From an uncultured Eubacteriales bacterium (GTDB lineage Bacteria; Bacillota; Clostridia; Christensenellales; CAG-917), in NCBI GenBank assembly GCA_900547975.1, contig URIX01000004.1:2719-66718 (forward strand): DNA of 64,000 nucleotides, in the 5' to 3' direction. The number at the start of each line of letters is the position of its first letter. The first letter of the stretch is position 1. The translations under genes and the position numbers were made by a program. Below, piece after piece: positions 1-9,492 of this stretch. The notes beneath the pieces were generated by a model. That model ran no database searches, was not told the DNA's origin, and worked only from the letters and a program-made list of their open reading frames with translations.

Positions 1-778
1 CGAGGAACAAAACGACGTTTTGTTTTCTATTGATATACGACGAAATCGTAAGCGCAATCGGTCCCGACAATCCTCTGTTTGTAAACAACATTTCGCCAAA
101 TTGGCTCGCAATCTCTTTGCCGTTTTCGTCGTTTGCGCACAGATTGACGTTTTTAAGGGATATTCCCTGCAAAGCCGACACGTTTTGCTTGACTATTATA
201 GGCGCAAGAGCCTGTCGCGGCTCAACAATTTTAAGTCCGAAAGATTTTGCAAACGCGTATCCGTCGCCCGTCGACCCGGTCGAAGGATAACTCATTCCGC
301 CCGTTGCCACGACGACTTTGTCGCACTTTATATTTTCCCACGCCGTTACGACGCAAAATCCGTCGTCGGTTTTCTTTATTTGCTTGACTTCCGTGCCGAG
401 TTTTACGTCTACGCCGAGATTTTCAATCTCGATTTGCAACGCTTTTATGACGTCGCTCGACTTTTGCGAAAACGGAAAGACTCTGTTTCCCCTTTCCACG
501 ACGAGTTTCAAGCCCAAATCCTCGAAAAACGACATCGTGTTTTGAGGCGTGAATCCGTACAGCGACGAGCGCAAAAATTTCTCGCCTCTGACGACGTTTT
601 GAAACAAATCCGCAAGTTCGCAATCGTTGGTGAGATTGCATCTCCCCTTGCCCGTTATGTAGAGTTTTTTGCCGAATTTCTCGTTTTTTTCGACAAGGAT
701 AACATCACCCCCCTCTCTTGCGAGAAAAACGGAAGCCGTCATACCTGCCGCACCTGCGCCGATTACGCAAACTCTCAT
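1..778 (-). CDS. HI0933/BaiN-like NAD(P)/FAD-dependent flavoprotein. The N-terminal ~259 codons are present and the C-terminus runs off the window start.
   Basis: Absent from the ORF track because there is no stop in the window. Hand translation from ATG 778-776 gives MRVCVIGAGAAGMTASVFLAREGGDVILVEKNEKFGKKLYITGKGRCNLTN...VVATGGMSYPSTGSTGDGY. It has a GxGxxG fold plus the TGKGRCN motif. The start overlaps the surE stop (ATGA). Confidence 0.8.
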   Translation of the reverse strand, partial: MRVCVIGAGAAGMTASVFLAREGGDVILVEKNEKFGKKLYITGKGRCNLTNDCELADLFQNVVRGEKFLRSSLYGFTPQNTMSFFEDLGLKLVVERGNRVFPFSQKSSDVIKALQIEIENLGVDVKLGTEVKQIKKTDDGFCVVTAWENIKCDKVVVATGGMSYPSTGSTGDGYAFAKSFGLKIVEPRQALAPIIVKQNVSALQGISLKNVNLCANDENGKEIASQFGEMLFTNRGLSGPIALTISSYINRKQNVVLFL

Positions 779-1536
779 AACTCGAACTTCGCCTCTTTCA
801 ATTTTTCGATGGTCGGCAAATCGTTTGCGAGCATTTGCACGGGCGTTACGGTTATATATCCGTTGTCGAGTTGATAGCAATCGCCGCCCACAACTTCGTC
901 GACATGCGGTATGCTATGACCGTCAACGCAGAAATACGTCAAGCCGTCCTCGCCGACTTTTTTTACGTACTTTTCCTCATACGGCTGATATGCCACCGGC
1001 GCGATTTTCACACCCTTAATATTTTCCTTTTTAACGCTGGGAATATTCAGATTTATCGTGACGTTTTCGGTTGCGAAAGACAAGAGTCTTTCGAGATTGT
1101 TCGCGGCAAATTCCGCCGCAAACTCGTAGTCGGGAACGCCATGCGTTCTTAATGACACCGCAAGCGAGGGTATACGCTGAAAAGTTCCCTCTTGCGCCGC
1201 GCCGAACGTGCCGGAAAAAATGATGTCGCTTCCCGCATTGAGGCAAGTGTTTATGCCCGACACTACCGCGTCGATTTTCTCGTCTTTGAAAAGGTATTTC
1301 ACGCCGAAAAGCACGCAATCGCCGGGCGTTCCGCTCACGGCGAATGTGGGAATATCGTCGATAATTCCCTTATTTTCGTACGTGATTCCGCTGAAAAAAC
1401 TCACCGAATGGCTCGAACCCGACCTTTCGGACATAGGGGCGACTATGCGCACGTCGTGATTTTTCGAAAGCGTTTTGGCAAGAGTTTTTATCCCTTTCGC
1501 AAAATAGCCGTCATCGTTTGTAATGAGAATTTTCAT
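775..1536 (-). CDS. surE: 5'/3'-nucleotidase SurE
   Basis: The N-terminus MKILITNDDGYFAKGIKTL...RIVAPMSERSGSSHS is the canonical SurE signature. Length is 253 aa. Confidence 0.9.
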   Translation of the reverse strand: MKILITNDDGYFAKGIKTLAKTLSKNHDVRIVAPMSERSGSSHSVSFFSGITYENKGIIDDIPTFAVSGTPGDCVLFGVKYLFKDEKIDAVVSGINTCLNAGSDIIFSGTFGAAQEGTFQRIPSLAVSLRTHGVPDYEFAAEFAANNLERLLSFATENVTINLNIPSVKKENIKGVKIAPVAYQPYEEKYVKKVGEDGLTYFCVDGHSIPHVDEVVGGDCYQLDNGYITVTPVQMLANDLPTIEKLKEAKFEL

Positions 1537-1540
1537 ACGT

Positions 1541-2479
1541 TCACCTTTCTATCGGCTGTTGAATTTTGTTTGCTATTGCATATAGATATGCAATTTCGGA
1601 CTCGTTCAAGGGGCGATACGCCCCTCTTGCAAGACCGCCGAGGCGCAATTCGCCGATAGCGACGCGCTTCAAAAATACGACTTTCTTTTCGACCGCCTCG
1701 AACATACGGCGGATTTCTCTGTTTTTGCCCTCGAAAATGATAACTTCAAGGCGGGTAAACACGCCGCTCGTGTCCTCGTTGCACTCTATTGCCTCTCTTG
1801 CGAGAACGTCTTTGGGGTCGATAACCGCTTTTTTCGTGTCCTTAACCTTTTCGATACCCGTAATTTTAACCTTGCTTCTGCCGTACTTTACACCGTCAAC
1901 CGTGACTCCCTTTCTGAGCGCAGCGAGGTCGCTTTCCTCGATAGTGCCTTCGATTTTTACGACGTATGTTTTGGGAATCTCGCTCGACGGGTGCGTGAGT
2001 TTGTACGTCAAATCGCCGTCGTTGGTCAAAAGAAGCAAGCCTTCGCTGTCGTAATCGAGTCTGCCGACGGGATACAAACGCTTGTTTTTGTAGTCGTCAC
2101 CGATAAAATCGGTGATGATTTTTCGCGGTTTGGAATGTTCCTTTATTTCCTCTACAATGCCTTTTGAAGCAAGTTTTTCGGCGCGATTCTTGATTTCTTC
2201 AAGTTCTTTATCCGTCTTTTTGCGGCCGCTCTTGTTGTCGTTGTCCTCATTGAGAGTGGTCACGCAATTCTTCGGTTTGTAAAACAAAAGATAGTCGTAG
2301 TGTGTGACTCTCACGACCTTTTTTCCGTCCACAAAGACAACGTCTTTGGTTTCGTCAACGTCCGTGCCAACTTCCCTGACGACTTTTTTGTTGACGCTCA
2401 CGCGTCCTTCTTTGACGAGTTCGTCCGCCTTACGACGAGAACATACGCCGCATTCTGCAAGATATTTGTTGATTCTCAT
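1541..2479 (-). CDS. rluB: RluB/RsuA-family 23S/16S rRNA pseudouridine synthase with internal lysine/glutamate-rich insertions
   Basis: S4 domain MRINKYLAECGVCSRRKADELVKEGRVSVN and catalytic motif YPVGRLDYDSEGLLLLTNDG. A ~40-aa insertion sits between the two. Confidence 0.88.
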   Translation of the reverse strand: MRINKYLAECGVCSRRKADELVKEGRVSVNKKVVREVGTDVDETKDVVFVDGKKVVRVTHYDYLLFYKPKNCVTTLNEDNDNKSGRKKTDKELEEIKNRAEKLASKGIVEEIKEHSKPRKIITDFIGDDYKNKRLYPVGRLDYDSEGLLLLTNDGDLTYKLTHPSSEIPKTYVVKIEGTIEESDLAALRKGVTVDGVKYGRSKVKITGIEKVKDTKKAVIDPKDVLAREAIECNEDTSGVFTRLEVIIFEGKNREIRRMFEAVEKKVVFLKRVAIGELRLGGLARGAYRPLNESEIAYLYAIANKIQQPIER

Positions 2480-2582
2480 AGGTCCTCACGCGCTCGCACG
2501 AGGCAAGCGCACATAAATTAATCAAATTATACAAAAAAAATATTAAAAGGGCAAGCAAATGCGCAAAATCCTTAAAAGCACA

Positions 2583-2612
2583 TTAAAAAAAGAAAAGGCG
2601 GTCTGCCTTTCC
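2583..2612 (-). terminator. Putative intrinsic terminator after the DD-carboxypeptidase gene
   Basis: Minus-sense hairpin AAAGGC/GCCTTT followed by TCTTTTTTTT. Confidence 0.5.
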
Positions 2613-2799
2613 AAAAAACGCTATATTTCTGTTTTTATTTCGATTTTGGTGCATTTACGTCGATTTTTGCCACATTTCCCATCGCTTTTACGCAGATTTC
2701 ACGTCGTTGTACGTCGTTACTACGCAGATTTACGTCTTTTTTTAATCTTTTTCAATCGGTTTTTCGTTAGTCGAATCTATCGTTTTAATTCGGTTTCGC

Positions 2800-3867
2800 T
2801 TAAACGAATTCCACGACGAGTTTTTCGCTTCCGTCCTTTTTGAGAGGATATTTGACGTCTTGCCAGTTCGGTGTGACGGTTTGATTGACTTTGACTTTAA
2901 CAACGTTGTTTCCGCTTGTCAAAAGCGCGTTGTCAAGCGGTATCATTTCGTAGTTATCAAAGCCGAAATTCAACATTCTAACCGTGTCGTTCCACATATC
3001 GCCGTGATTCAACACAACGGTTATAAGTTGCATATCCCCTCTTTTTGCGCCGCCCGCGAGACATCTTCCGCTCTTCTTTGTGAAGCCGGTTTTCACGCCG
3101 TTTGCGCCCTCAAAAAGTTTCAAGAGTTTGTTTTTGTTCGCAATATATCTCGCCTCGCCGCTCACTTCGATTTTTCTCTGTTTAGTGCCGGCGATACGCA
3201 CGAAATCGTGATTTTCGTATGCCGTCGCACAAATAAGTGCCAAATCATACGCAGTGGTATAGTGGTTATCGTCGTGAAGTCCGTGCGGATTTACAAAATG
3301 AGAATTGCGTGCGCCGAGCATTTTCGCTTTTCCGTTCATAAGAGAAGCAAACTCGTCGATACCGCCCGCAACTTCAGTTGCAAGAGTAACCGCGGCGTCG
3401 TTTCCGCTTCTGAGCATAAGACCGAAAAGCAAATCTTCAACGGTTATAGTATCGCCCGCTTTCAGATATATGGACGAACCTTCTACGCCTTCTGCGATTT
3501 CGGGCACGGTTACGATTTTGTCGAGCGGCAAACGTTCGAGTGTAATCAACGCCGTCAACACTTTCGTCGTACTTGCAGGGTAGCACACCTCGTCTTTTCC
3601 GTCGGCGTACAGAACGCGCCTTGACGACGCCTCGATACACACCGCGCCGCTCGCGCCTCTTTTCACCGTTTGTAAGATTTTGTCGTTGATTGCATTTTTC
3701 GTGTTCTCATCGAGATTTTTGCTAATATAATTCTCGTTTTTGTCGTTTTTTAGAATACTTTTAATAGGATAAACGACGTTACCTATCGAAAACGAAGAAA
3801 TTATTGCAATCGTCAAACACACTATCGCAATCGCCATAACGACCGCTTTTTTTGAAAAATCGTCCAT
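2800..3867 (-). CDS. Serine-type D-Ala-D-Ala carboxypeptidase (peptidase S11, DacB/DacF-like)
   Basis: ASTTKVLTA (SxxK), SGND and KTGFT motifs, with an N-terminal membrane/signal segment. Start moved to the internal ATG at 3867, preceded by AAGAGGGAAG. The track's 392-aa ORF adds an arginine-rich false extension that overlaps ytfJ. Confidence 0.88.
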   Translation of the reverse strand: MDDFSKKAVVMAIAIVCLTIAIISSFSIGNVVYPIKSILKNDKNENYISKNLDENTKNAINDKILQTVKRGASGAVCIEASSRRVLYADGKDEVCYPASTTKVLTALITLERLPLDKIVTVPEIAEGVEGSSIYLKAGDTITVEDLLFGLMLRSGNDAAVTLATEVAGGIDEFASLMNGKAKMLGARNSHFVNPHGLHDDNHYTTAYDLALICATAYENHDFVRIAGTKQRKIEVSGEARYIANKNKLLKLFEGANGVKTGFTKKSGRCLAGGAKRGDMQLITVVLNHGDMWNDTVRMLNFGFDNYEMIPLDNALLTSGNNVVKVKVNQTVTPNWQDVKYPLKKDGSEKLVVEFV

Positions 3868-3881
3868 ATTCTTCCCTCTTT

Positions 3882-4217
3882 TCAATCCTTTTTCATAACG
3901 TTGGCAACGCTTTTGAGAAGTTCGAGCCACTTGTTTTCTTCGCCGTCTACCCTCACGAATTTTTTTTGCGCGCCGCAAACGAGAAAACCTATCGGGGTTA
4001 CGCTCACCCCACCGCCGCTTACGCCGACGGGCGATTTCACTTTCTTTTCGTTCTCGTACTCAGCGCCGCCCGCGACGAAACCCACGCTGATTTTACTCAC
4101 GGGCAAAACGAGCGTGCCGTCTCCGTTTACGATTGGCTTTCCGACAATCTCGTTAAATTCTGCCGACTTTTTCAAACTTTCTATCGTTTCTCGCAATATT
4201 TCTTCAAAACTTTGCAT
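3882..4217 (-). CDS. ytfJ: Sporulation protein YtfJ (GerW family)
   Basis: MQSFEEILRETIESLKK...IVGKPIVNGDGTLVLPVSKISVGFVAGG...GGGVSVTPIGFLV is the typical YtfJ pattern. SD AAGGGAAGG precedes the ATG at 4217. Confidence 0.85.
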   Translation of the reverse strand: MQSFEEILRETIESLKKSAEFNEIVGKPIVNGDGTLVLPVSKISVGFVAGGAEYENEKKVKSPVGVSGGGVSVTPIGFLVCGAQKKFVRVDGEENKWLELLKSVANVMKKD

Positions 4218-4218
4218 A

Positions 4219-4701
4219 TTACCTTCCCTTGCCGATTGCAATCGCTTTTATAACTTGAACGGCGTTTATCCTTATTCTTATTCCGCACTCTGCGTCGAAT
4301 CTGTCCTTTCTTTCGTCTTGAATCACCGTTTTTGCAAAAATCGGCAACATTTGCACGAGAGCGCACAGTATCGCGCCGTTTTTTGCGTCGTTTGCACCGA
4401 CGTAGGCAATCAAGCCGTTTATATCGACAATCTCGTTTTCTACCAGAAAATACACGATTTTGCCCATTTGGTTTACGCTTACGCCGTTGTCGAGATTTTT
4501 GAGCGTCTTGCCGTTTATTTGCACTTTAAGACCTTCTCGCACGCTAACCTTGATTCTCGCAATCGATATGCCGACAAATTTGAATTGCACGTTCAACGCC
4601 TCGCTTGCAAGCGAAAAATGCATCGTGCAAGACAGTTTTACGGGAAATATGAGCGCGATGAGCAACGCTTGCGCGCAAATCAGTACGACAGCAATCGCCA
4701 T
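4219..4701 (-). CDS. YtfI-like (DUF2953-like) membrane protein, upstream partner of ytfJ
   Basis: Hydrophobic N-terminus. It sits immediately upstream of, and is translationally coupled to, ytfJ, as in the B. subtilis ytfI-ytfJ pair. Family assignment rests on position and general pattern only. Confidence 0.55.
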   Translation of the reverse strand: MAIAVVLICAQALLIALIFPVKLSCTMHFSLASEALNVQFKFVGISIARIKVSVREGLKVQINGKTLKNLDNGVSVNQMGKIVYFLVENEIVDINGLIAYVGANDAKNGAILCALVQMLPIFAKTVIQDERKDRFDAECGIRIRINAVQVIKAIAIGKGR

Positions 4702-4861
4702 AAATCTATTTTGCGTATTATTTTTCTTTTTATGTACTATGAAAAGCGATAGGAAAACACTTAAAAAAATCGACGAAAAAAGTTATTGAAACAACCGTTA
4801 AAAGTTAAAAAACGCATAAAAACCGGATAGTTGTTAAACGGTTAAAAATTATTATAAGCGA

Positions 4862-4900
4862 ATATAAAAAACGGCTTATTTTCGTTAAACAAGCCGTTTT
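4862..4900 (-). terminator. Intrinsic terminator after scpB
   Basis: AAAACGGCTT/AAGCCGTTTT stem followed by a T-run on the minus strand. Confidence 0.65.
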
Positions 4901-4951
4901 AAAAGAAAATAATTTTCTATGTTTTGCAATTCGATTGCAGAAAAAATTTTA

Positions 4952-5641
4952 TCAATCGAACACTTCGAATTGTTCGCCTTCCAAAAATTCGGGGATTTCT
5001 TCCTCTTCCTCGTCAACGTCGGCAGCCGCCGCAAGCGAAAGAGTTTCGTTGTCCGCTTCGTCTTCGTCCATAATGGTGCGGTTGTGGAAAAGCGTTTCTT
5101 GCGAAGGCGCATTGATAAGCATAAGTTTTTCAAGCACTTCGTCGTAGTCGGGCAATTCGTCTATGTTTTCGATTTGGAATTTCTTCAAAAACTCGTCCGT
5201 AGTGCCGTAAAGAAGCGGACGACCGACAGTTTCCTTTCTTCCGACCGCCTCGATAAGCCCCGCTTTCAAAAGTCCGGTGAGAGCGTATTCCGAGTTCTTG
5301 TTGCTTCTCATTTCGTCGATTTCAAGACGAGTTATCGGCTGTTTGTACGCGATTGTGGCAAGCACTTCGAGAAGCGTCTTGGTCAGTTCCTTTTCACGCA
5401 ACGGCGTCAGTACGTCCGCAACGGTGTCGCCGTACTTCGGATTCGAGGAAAACTGAACCTTTCCGTTAAATTCCAAAAGTACGATGCCCGAATTGTCGCC
5501 GTATCGCTTTTGCAAAGATTTGATGATAGAATTGAGTTTTTGCGTGGTGAGTTCAGGCACTTTTTCGCAAATGTCGCTTTTGAGTATCGCCGAACCGCTT
5601 GCAAAAATAATAGCCTCGACAACGTTTTCAATATTTTCCAT
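4952..5641 (-). CDS. scpB: Segregation and condensation protein B
   Basis: VEAIIFASG...LEVLATIAYKQPITRLEIDEMR...GLIEAVGRKETVGRPLLYGTT. Start taken at MENIENV (5641), overlapping the scpA end. Acidic C-terminal tail. Confidence 0.9.
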   Translation of the reverse strand: MENIENVVEAIIFASGSAILKSDICEKVPELTTQKLNSIIKSLQKRYGDNSGIVLLEFNGKVQFSSNPKYGDTVADVLTPLREKELTKTLLEVLATIAYKQPITRLEIDEMRSNKNSEYALTGLLKAGLIEAVGRKETVGRPLLYGTTDEFLKKFQIENIDELPDYDEVLEKLMLINAPSQETLFHNRTIMDEDEADNETLSLAAAADVDEEEEEIPEFLEGEQFEVFD

Positions 5642-6569
5642 CGTCACCCTCCTCGAAGTCAATCGGCACGTCTTCCGTACCTTCTATCGCAAATATCGTT
5701 ATTTCTCCGAAAACTTCCTCTTGCTCGGCGCGAAGTCTGCCGTATTTGAGAAGTTCCAGCACCGCAAGGAACGTCGTCACGATGTCGCTCTTGTCGTAGT
5801 CCGGCTCGAACAAATCCGTAAACTTCATCTGCTTGCGCACGCTTATCATTAGGCGTATGTTTTCCATTTGCTCGTGCACGGAAAACCTATCCTTGACGAC
5901 TTTTTTCGGAATAATCTCTTGCTCGTGTATGGCGGCGTTTGCAAGCACTCTCGCAAAGGCTTCGACAAGTTTGGGAAGCGAAAAATTGACGAGCGCGACT
6001 CTATAATCCTTGTCCGTAAACACGGGCGCGCGATAGAAACGGTTGATTGTTTCGATTTCGCGCAACTTCTCGCTTTGTTCGACGAGCAAGGCGTATTCCT
6101 TGATTTTGTTGATGAGCAGTTGACGCTCGTATTCGGGGTCGTCCTCGGTGATTTCCTCGTCGTCTTTTGGCAGCGTGCGAATGGATTTGAGATACACGAG
6201 TTCTGCCGCCATCGTGATAAACTCGCCCGCATAGTCGAAGTCGAGTTCCTCTTTCGGCGTATTGCGGATTATCTCGACATACTGGCTCGTAACTTCGGAT
6301 ATAAATATGTCCTCGATTGCGATTTTCGCACTCTTTATAAGTTCGTAAAGCAAAGGAATAGGTCCGTCAAAGTCGCTCAAATGGTAGACTATTTCGGGTT
6401 TTGCAACGACAAAATCGCCCTCGATTGCCTCGGGCTCGATTATCTCCGCATTTGCGGGGTTTTGATTCGTCGAAACGCTCTGCTCGTTTGCCGCCGCTTC
6501 CGAATTGCTTTGGGATTCGGAAACGGATTCGTTTTCGACGGATTCGGATTGCAAAACTTCTTCTTGCAT
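5628..6569 (-). CDS. scpA: Segregation and condensation protein A with a ~60-aa acidic/Ser-Gln-rich N-terminal extension
   Basis: FDGPIPLLYELIKSAKIAIEDIFISEVTSQYVEII...FITMAAELVYLKSIRTLP is the ScpA core. Confidence 0.9.
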   Translation of the reverse strand: MQEEVLQSESVENESVSESQSNSEAAANEQSVSTNQNPANAEIIEPEAIEGDFVVAKPEIVYHLSDFDGPIPLLYELIKSAKIAIEDIFISEVTSQYVEIIRNTPKEELDFDYAGEFITMAAELVYLKSIRTLPKDDEEITEDDPEYERQLLINKIKEYALLVEQSEKLREIETINRFYRAPVFTDKDYRVALVNFSLPKLVEAFARVLANAAIHEQEIIPKKVVKDRFSVHEQMENIRLMISVRKQMKFTDLFEPDYDKSDIVTTFLAVLELLKYGRLRAEQEEVFGEITIFAIEGTEDVPIDFEEGDDGKY

Positions 6570-6792
6570 ACGAAATCCTTTTATAAAATAAATAACGTAT
6601 AGATATTAACACGCGCACGCAAAAAAGTCAAAACAAATCGAAATAATGCGTCATACACATCGAAAACCGCTTAAAATAAGCGGTTTTCGCGGTATTTTAT
6701 ATTTGTCAAATCGAATATCATTTAGATTTTCTAATCGTTCTTGTAACTAAATCTGATTTCGATTAATTCCTTCTCGACGCTCTGCAAATCGT

Positions 6793-8016
6793 TTATTTTG
6801 CGGTTGACCAGTTTTTTGCGATTTCGCCGATTGCGTCGAACAAGTTGAGTCTTGCCACGTCCTCGTTTGCGACTACGCCCACTTTGTCGATAACCACGCC
6901 GTCTTTAATAAGATACGCTTCGCCGACCTTGTCGCCCCTCTTTACAGGTGCTTTGACGGACGAGGGCAAATCGAATTTGATTTCATACTTCGCTTTGTCA
7001 TCGCGCGCTACGAATCTTGCCAAGTCGCGTTCCACACCGAGCGCAATATCCTTGCTCTTGCCGCCCGAAACGGCGAGCCTTACGTCGAGATTTTCACCCG
7101 ATTTGAGCATAATCTCGTTTGCGAAGTTTGAAAACGCATAGTCGAACATCGAACTTATCGCGGCGTTTCTTATTTTTGAACTTTCCGCACCGATAACGAC
7201 CGCCACTACGCGCATATCGCTCTTTTTGGCCGTTGCGCAAAGGCAGAATTTCGCCTCGCCGGTGAATCCCGTTTTACCGCCGTCGCAACCTTGATAGAAG
7301 CGCACGAGTTTGTTGGTGTTGGTTATGGTCGTGGTTCTGCCGTCGGGGTGCTTGTAGTCTTCGAGCCAAATTTTTGCGTACTCGAAATACTCTTTATGCT
7401 TGACGAGTTGACGGAACATAACCGAAACGTCCTTTGCGCTCGAAAAACTTTCCGCGGCAGGCAACCCCGTACAGTTTTTGAAAGAAGTGTCGTTCATGCC
7501 GAGTTCTTTTGCCCTCGCGTTCATTTTTGCGACGAAATTTTCGACGCTGCCCGATATGTGTTCGGCAAGCGCAACGCACGAGTCGTTTGCCGACGCGACG
7601 ATAACGGTTTTGAGCAGTTCGCCCGCCTTATGCGTCGTACCTGCGTCCAAAAACACTTGCGAGCCGCCCATACTTGCCGAGTTTTGGCTTATTTCCACAT
7701 CGTCGTCAAGGGATATATCCCCTCTTTCAACCGCTTCGAGGGTCAAAAGCGACGTCATAATTTTCACCATACTCGCAATGGGCAGTCTTTCGTTTTCGTT
7801 GCGTGCGTAAAGCACCGTGTCCGTTGCGTAGTCCACCATATAGGCAGATTTACCGACGGTTTTGAAATCGGTTGCGGCTTCGCATACCGAAGTATTCATC
7901 GCAAATACCGACGCCAAAACGAAAGCGGACACAAGCAAAACGCAAAGCAGTATTCCGCAAACGGTTTTAATCACGCCGTATTTTTCGGATTGTGTATTAA
8001 AGGTATTGTTTTTCAT
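6793..8016 (-). CDS. D-alanyl-D-alanine carboxypeptidase (S11, PBP5-type with C-terminal domain)
   Basis: Signal/TM segment, then ASMVKIMT (SxxK), SANDS and KTGFTGEA motifs. SD GAGGTG lies upstream of the ATG at 8016. Confidence 0.9.
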   Translation of the reverse strand: MKNNTFNTQSEKYGVIKTVCGILLCVLLVSAFVLASVFAMNTSVCEAATDFKTVGKSAYMVDYATDTVLYARNENERLPIASMVKIMTSLLTLEAVERGDISLDDDVEISQNSASMGGSQVFLDAGTTHKAGELLKTVIVASANDSCVALAEHISGSVENFVAKMNARAKELGMNDTSFKNCTGLPAAESFSSAKDVSVMFRQLVKHKEYFEYAKIWLEDYKHPDGRTTTITNTNKLVRFYQGCDGGKTGFTGEAKFCLCATAKKSDMRVVAVVIGAESSKIRNAAISSMFDYAFSNFANEIMLKSGENLDVRLAVSGGKSKDIALGVERDLARFVARDDKAKYEIKFDLPSSVKAPVKRGDKVGEAYLIKDGVVIDKVGVVANEDVARLNLFDAIGEIAKNWSTAK

Positions 8017-8151
8017 TTTTCACCTCACGCTTTTCGTTAGCGTGTATAAAAAGTCGAAAAGTATGCAAAAAGCACGCAGTATTCGCAAAAATGAAACGCA
8101 TTTTTGAGTGAAAAACGCTCGAAAATGTCGTTAAAAGCACGTTTTTTCGCT

Positions 8152-8742
8152 CTAATACAGCGTGACGACGATGACTTTGAAAATCGAACCGACGATGACG
8201 AACAGCACGAACGCAATCGCGACGTTTATCGCAATAATCTTCAACGTGTTGACAAACGACGGTTTGAGACCGCCGTTTTTACAGCCGCAATCAGGCGCAA
8301 CCGTAACCGTTGAGCAAAGCACGAAACAACAAAAAGTACCGAGGAAAAACGGCAGATAAATCAAAAGCAAGTCGATGAGCCCCGTCGTTTCGTATCTACC
8401 TATCAGCGCGACGGAATACCACCCCGTTGCAAAACCGAGCGCGAAAAACGGTAACACTATCAAAAACACGGTTTTGTCGTTGATTCCCGCAATCAAAAAC
8501 ACGGCGTAGCACACCAAAAGCGCAAGCAACGAGATGAAAAACACTTTCACCGCGCCGAATTCCATATCCGCGCGCGCAACTCTTTCGAATCCGTCCTCAC
8601 CAACCGACCTAAACGCAGATATTACGCCGACGATAATGCCCAAAACGAAGATAATACTTGCGCAAATAATAACTTTTTTATTGTCCGAAACAAAAGTTTT
8701 CAAAGCGGATATAATCGACTTCGTTCTGAGAGAGCCTCGCAT
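8152..8742 (-). CDS. Polytopic membrane protein of unknown function (weakly SpoIIM-like architecture)
   Basis: 196 aa with about 5 predicted hydrophobic helices. No motif I can name and no clear SD. Confidence 0.5.
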   Translation of the reverse strand: MRGSLRTKSIISALKTFVSDNKKVIICASIIFVLGIIVGVISAFRSVGEDGFERVARADMEFGAVKVFFISLLALLVCYAVFLIAGINDKTVFLIVLPFFALGFATGWYSVALIGRYETTGLIDLLLIYLPFFLGTFCCFVLCSTVTVAPDCGCKNGGLKPSFVNTLKIIAINVAIAFVLFVIVGSIFKVIVVTLY

Positions 8743-8852
8743 ATATAAAGCATATGAAGCACCAATGACGTTATGACAAAAAAAGCAATTTTGCGTGACG
8801 TTTGGTAGGAATTTGCCAAATAATCCGACTATAAAAATGCTAATATGCGCTT

Positions 8853-9188
8853 GTGAAAGAAAACGAACTCAAAACCAAAGAATACCTTTTGAAACTCGGA
8901 TTTCAACCCAACCTAAAAGGTTACAGACTGCTTGCAAAACTCATTTGTTACGCGCTCGACGGACAAGACATACTGCCTTTGAAGTATAAAGGCTACCAAA
9001 CGCTGTCGGCGGAATTTGCCGCGTCGAAAGCGAGCGTGGAAAAAGACATTCAAAACGCAATTTCGGCGGCGTTTTTGCGCGGACAAGTGGACGTACTTTA
9101 TACGGAATTTGGCGAAACTCTTGACGAAAACAAAGGCAAACCCACAAACAAACAGTTCGTTCTCACCGCTCTCGAACGGATAAAATAG
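8853..9188 (+). CDS. Stand-alone Spo0A C-terminal (DNA-binding) domain protein with no receiver domain
   Basis: Aligns by eye to the B. subtilis Spo0A effector domain: G..PNLKGY (vs GVPAHIKGY), ASKASVEKDIQNAISAAFLRGQVD (vs [22 protein letters not shown]) and KGKPTNKQFVLTALERI (vs KAKPTNSEFIAMVADKL). GTG start with weak SD, so the start is uncertain. Confidence 0.75.
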   Translation: MKENELKTKEYLLKLGFQPNLKGYRLLAKLICYALDGQDILPLKYKGYQTLSAEFAASKASVEKDIQNAISAAFLRGQVDVLYTEFGETLDENKGKPTNKQFVLTALERIK

Positions 9189-9492
9189 AACGCGAACTTA
9201 ACAGCGCGTTTTTGCATTAGAGTGCGTTAGAATATCGGAAACAAATAATTTCGGCAGCTTAAATAATCGATTAACAGCCGAAACGACGGCAGCCGTTACG
9301 GTTTGAAAAAGTAAGACGGGCGGATAAATCCGCCCTATATTTATACGTCGCACAAGTGCAACGGGTAAACTTCTTTATACAATCGATTTTCCAAGTCGCT
9401 TTATTCAAAGATTTTATATATAACCGCTTTGCAAAAACGATAAATTATCGCTTTACGCAACGGATTTATAACCTTTTACGAGATTTCAAACG

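Noticed and set aside
20-874. 284-aa plus-strand ORF at the window start.
   Set aside because: It is antisense to the HI0933-type flavoprotein, whose minus-strand translation shows a clear GxGxxG start and is coupled to surE.
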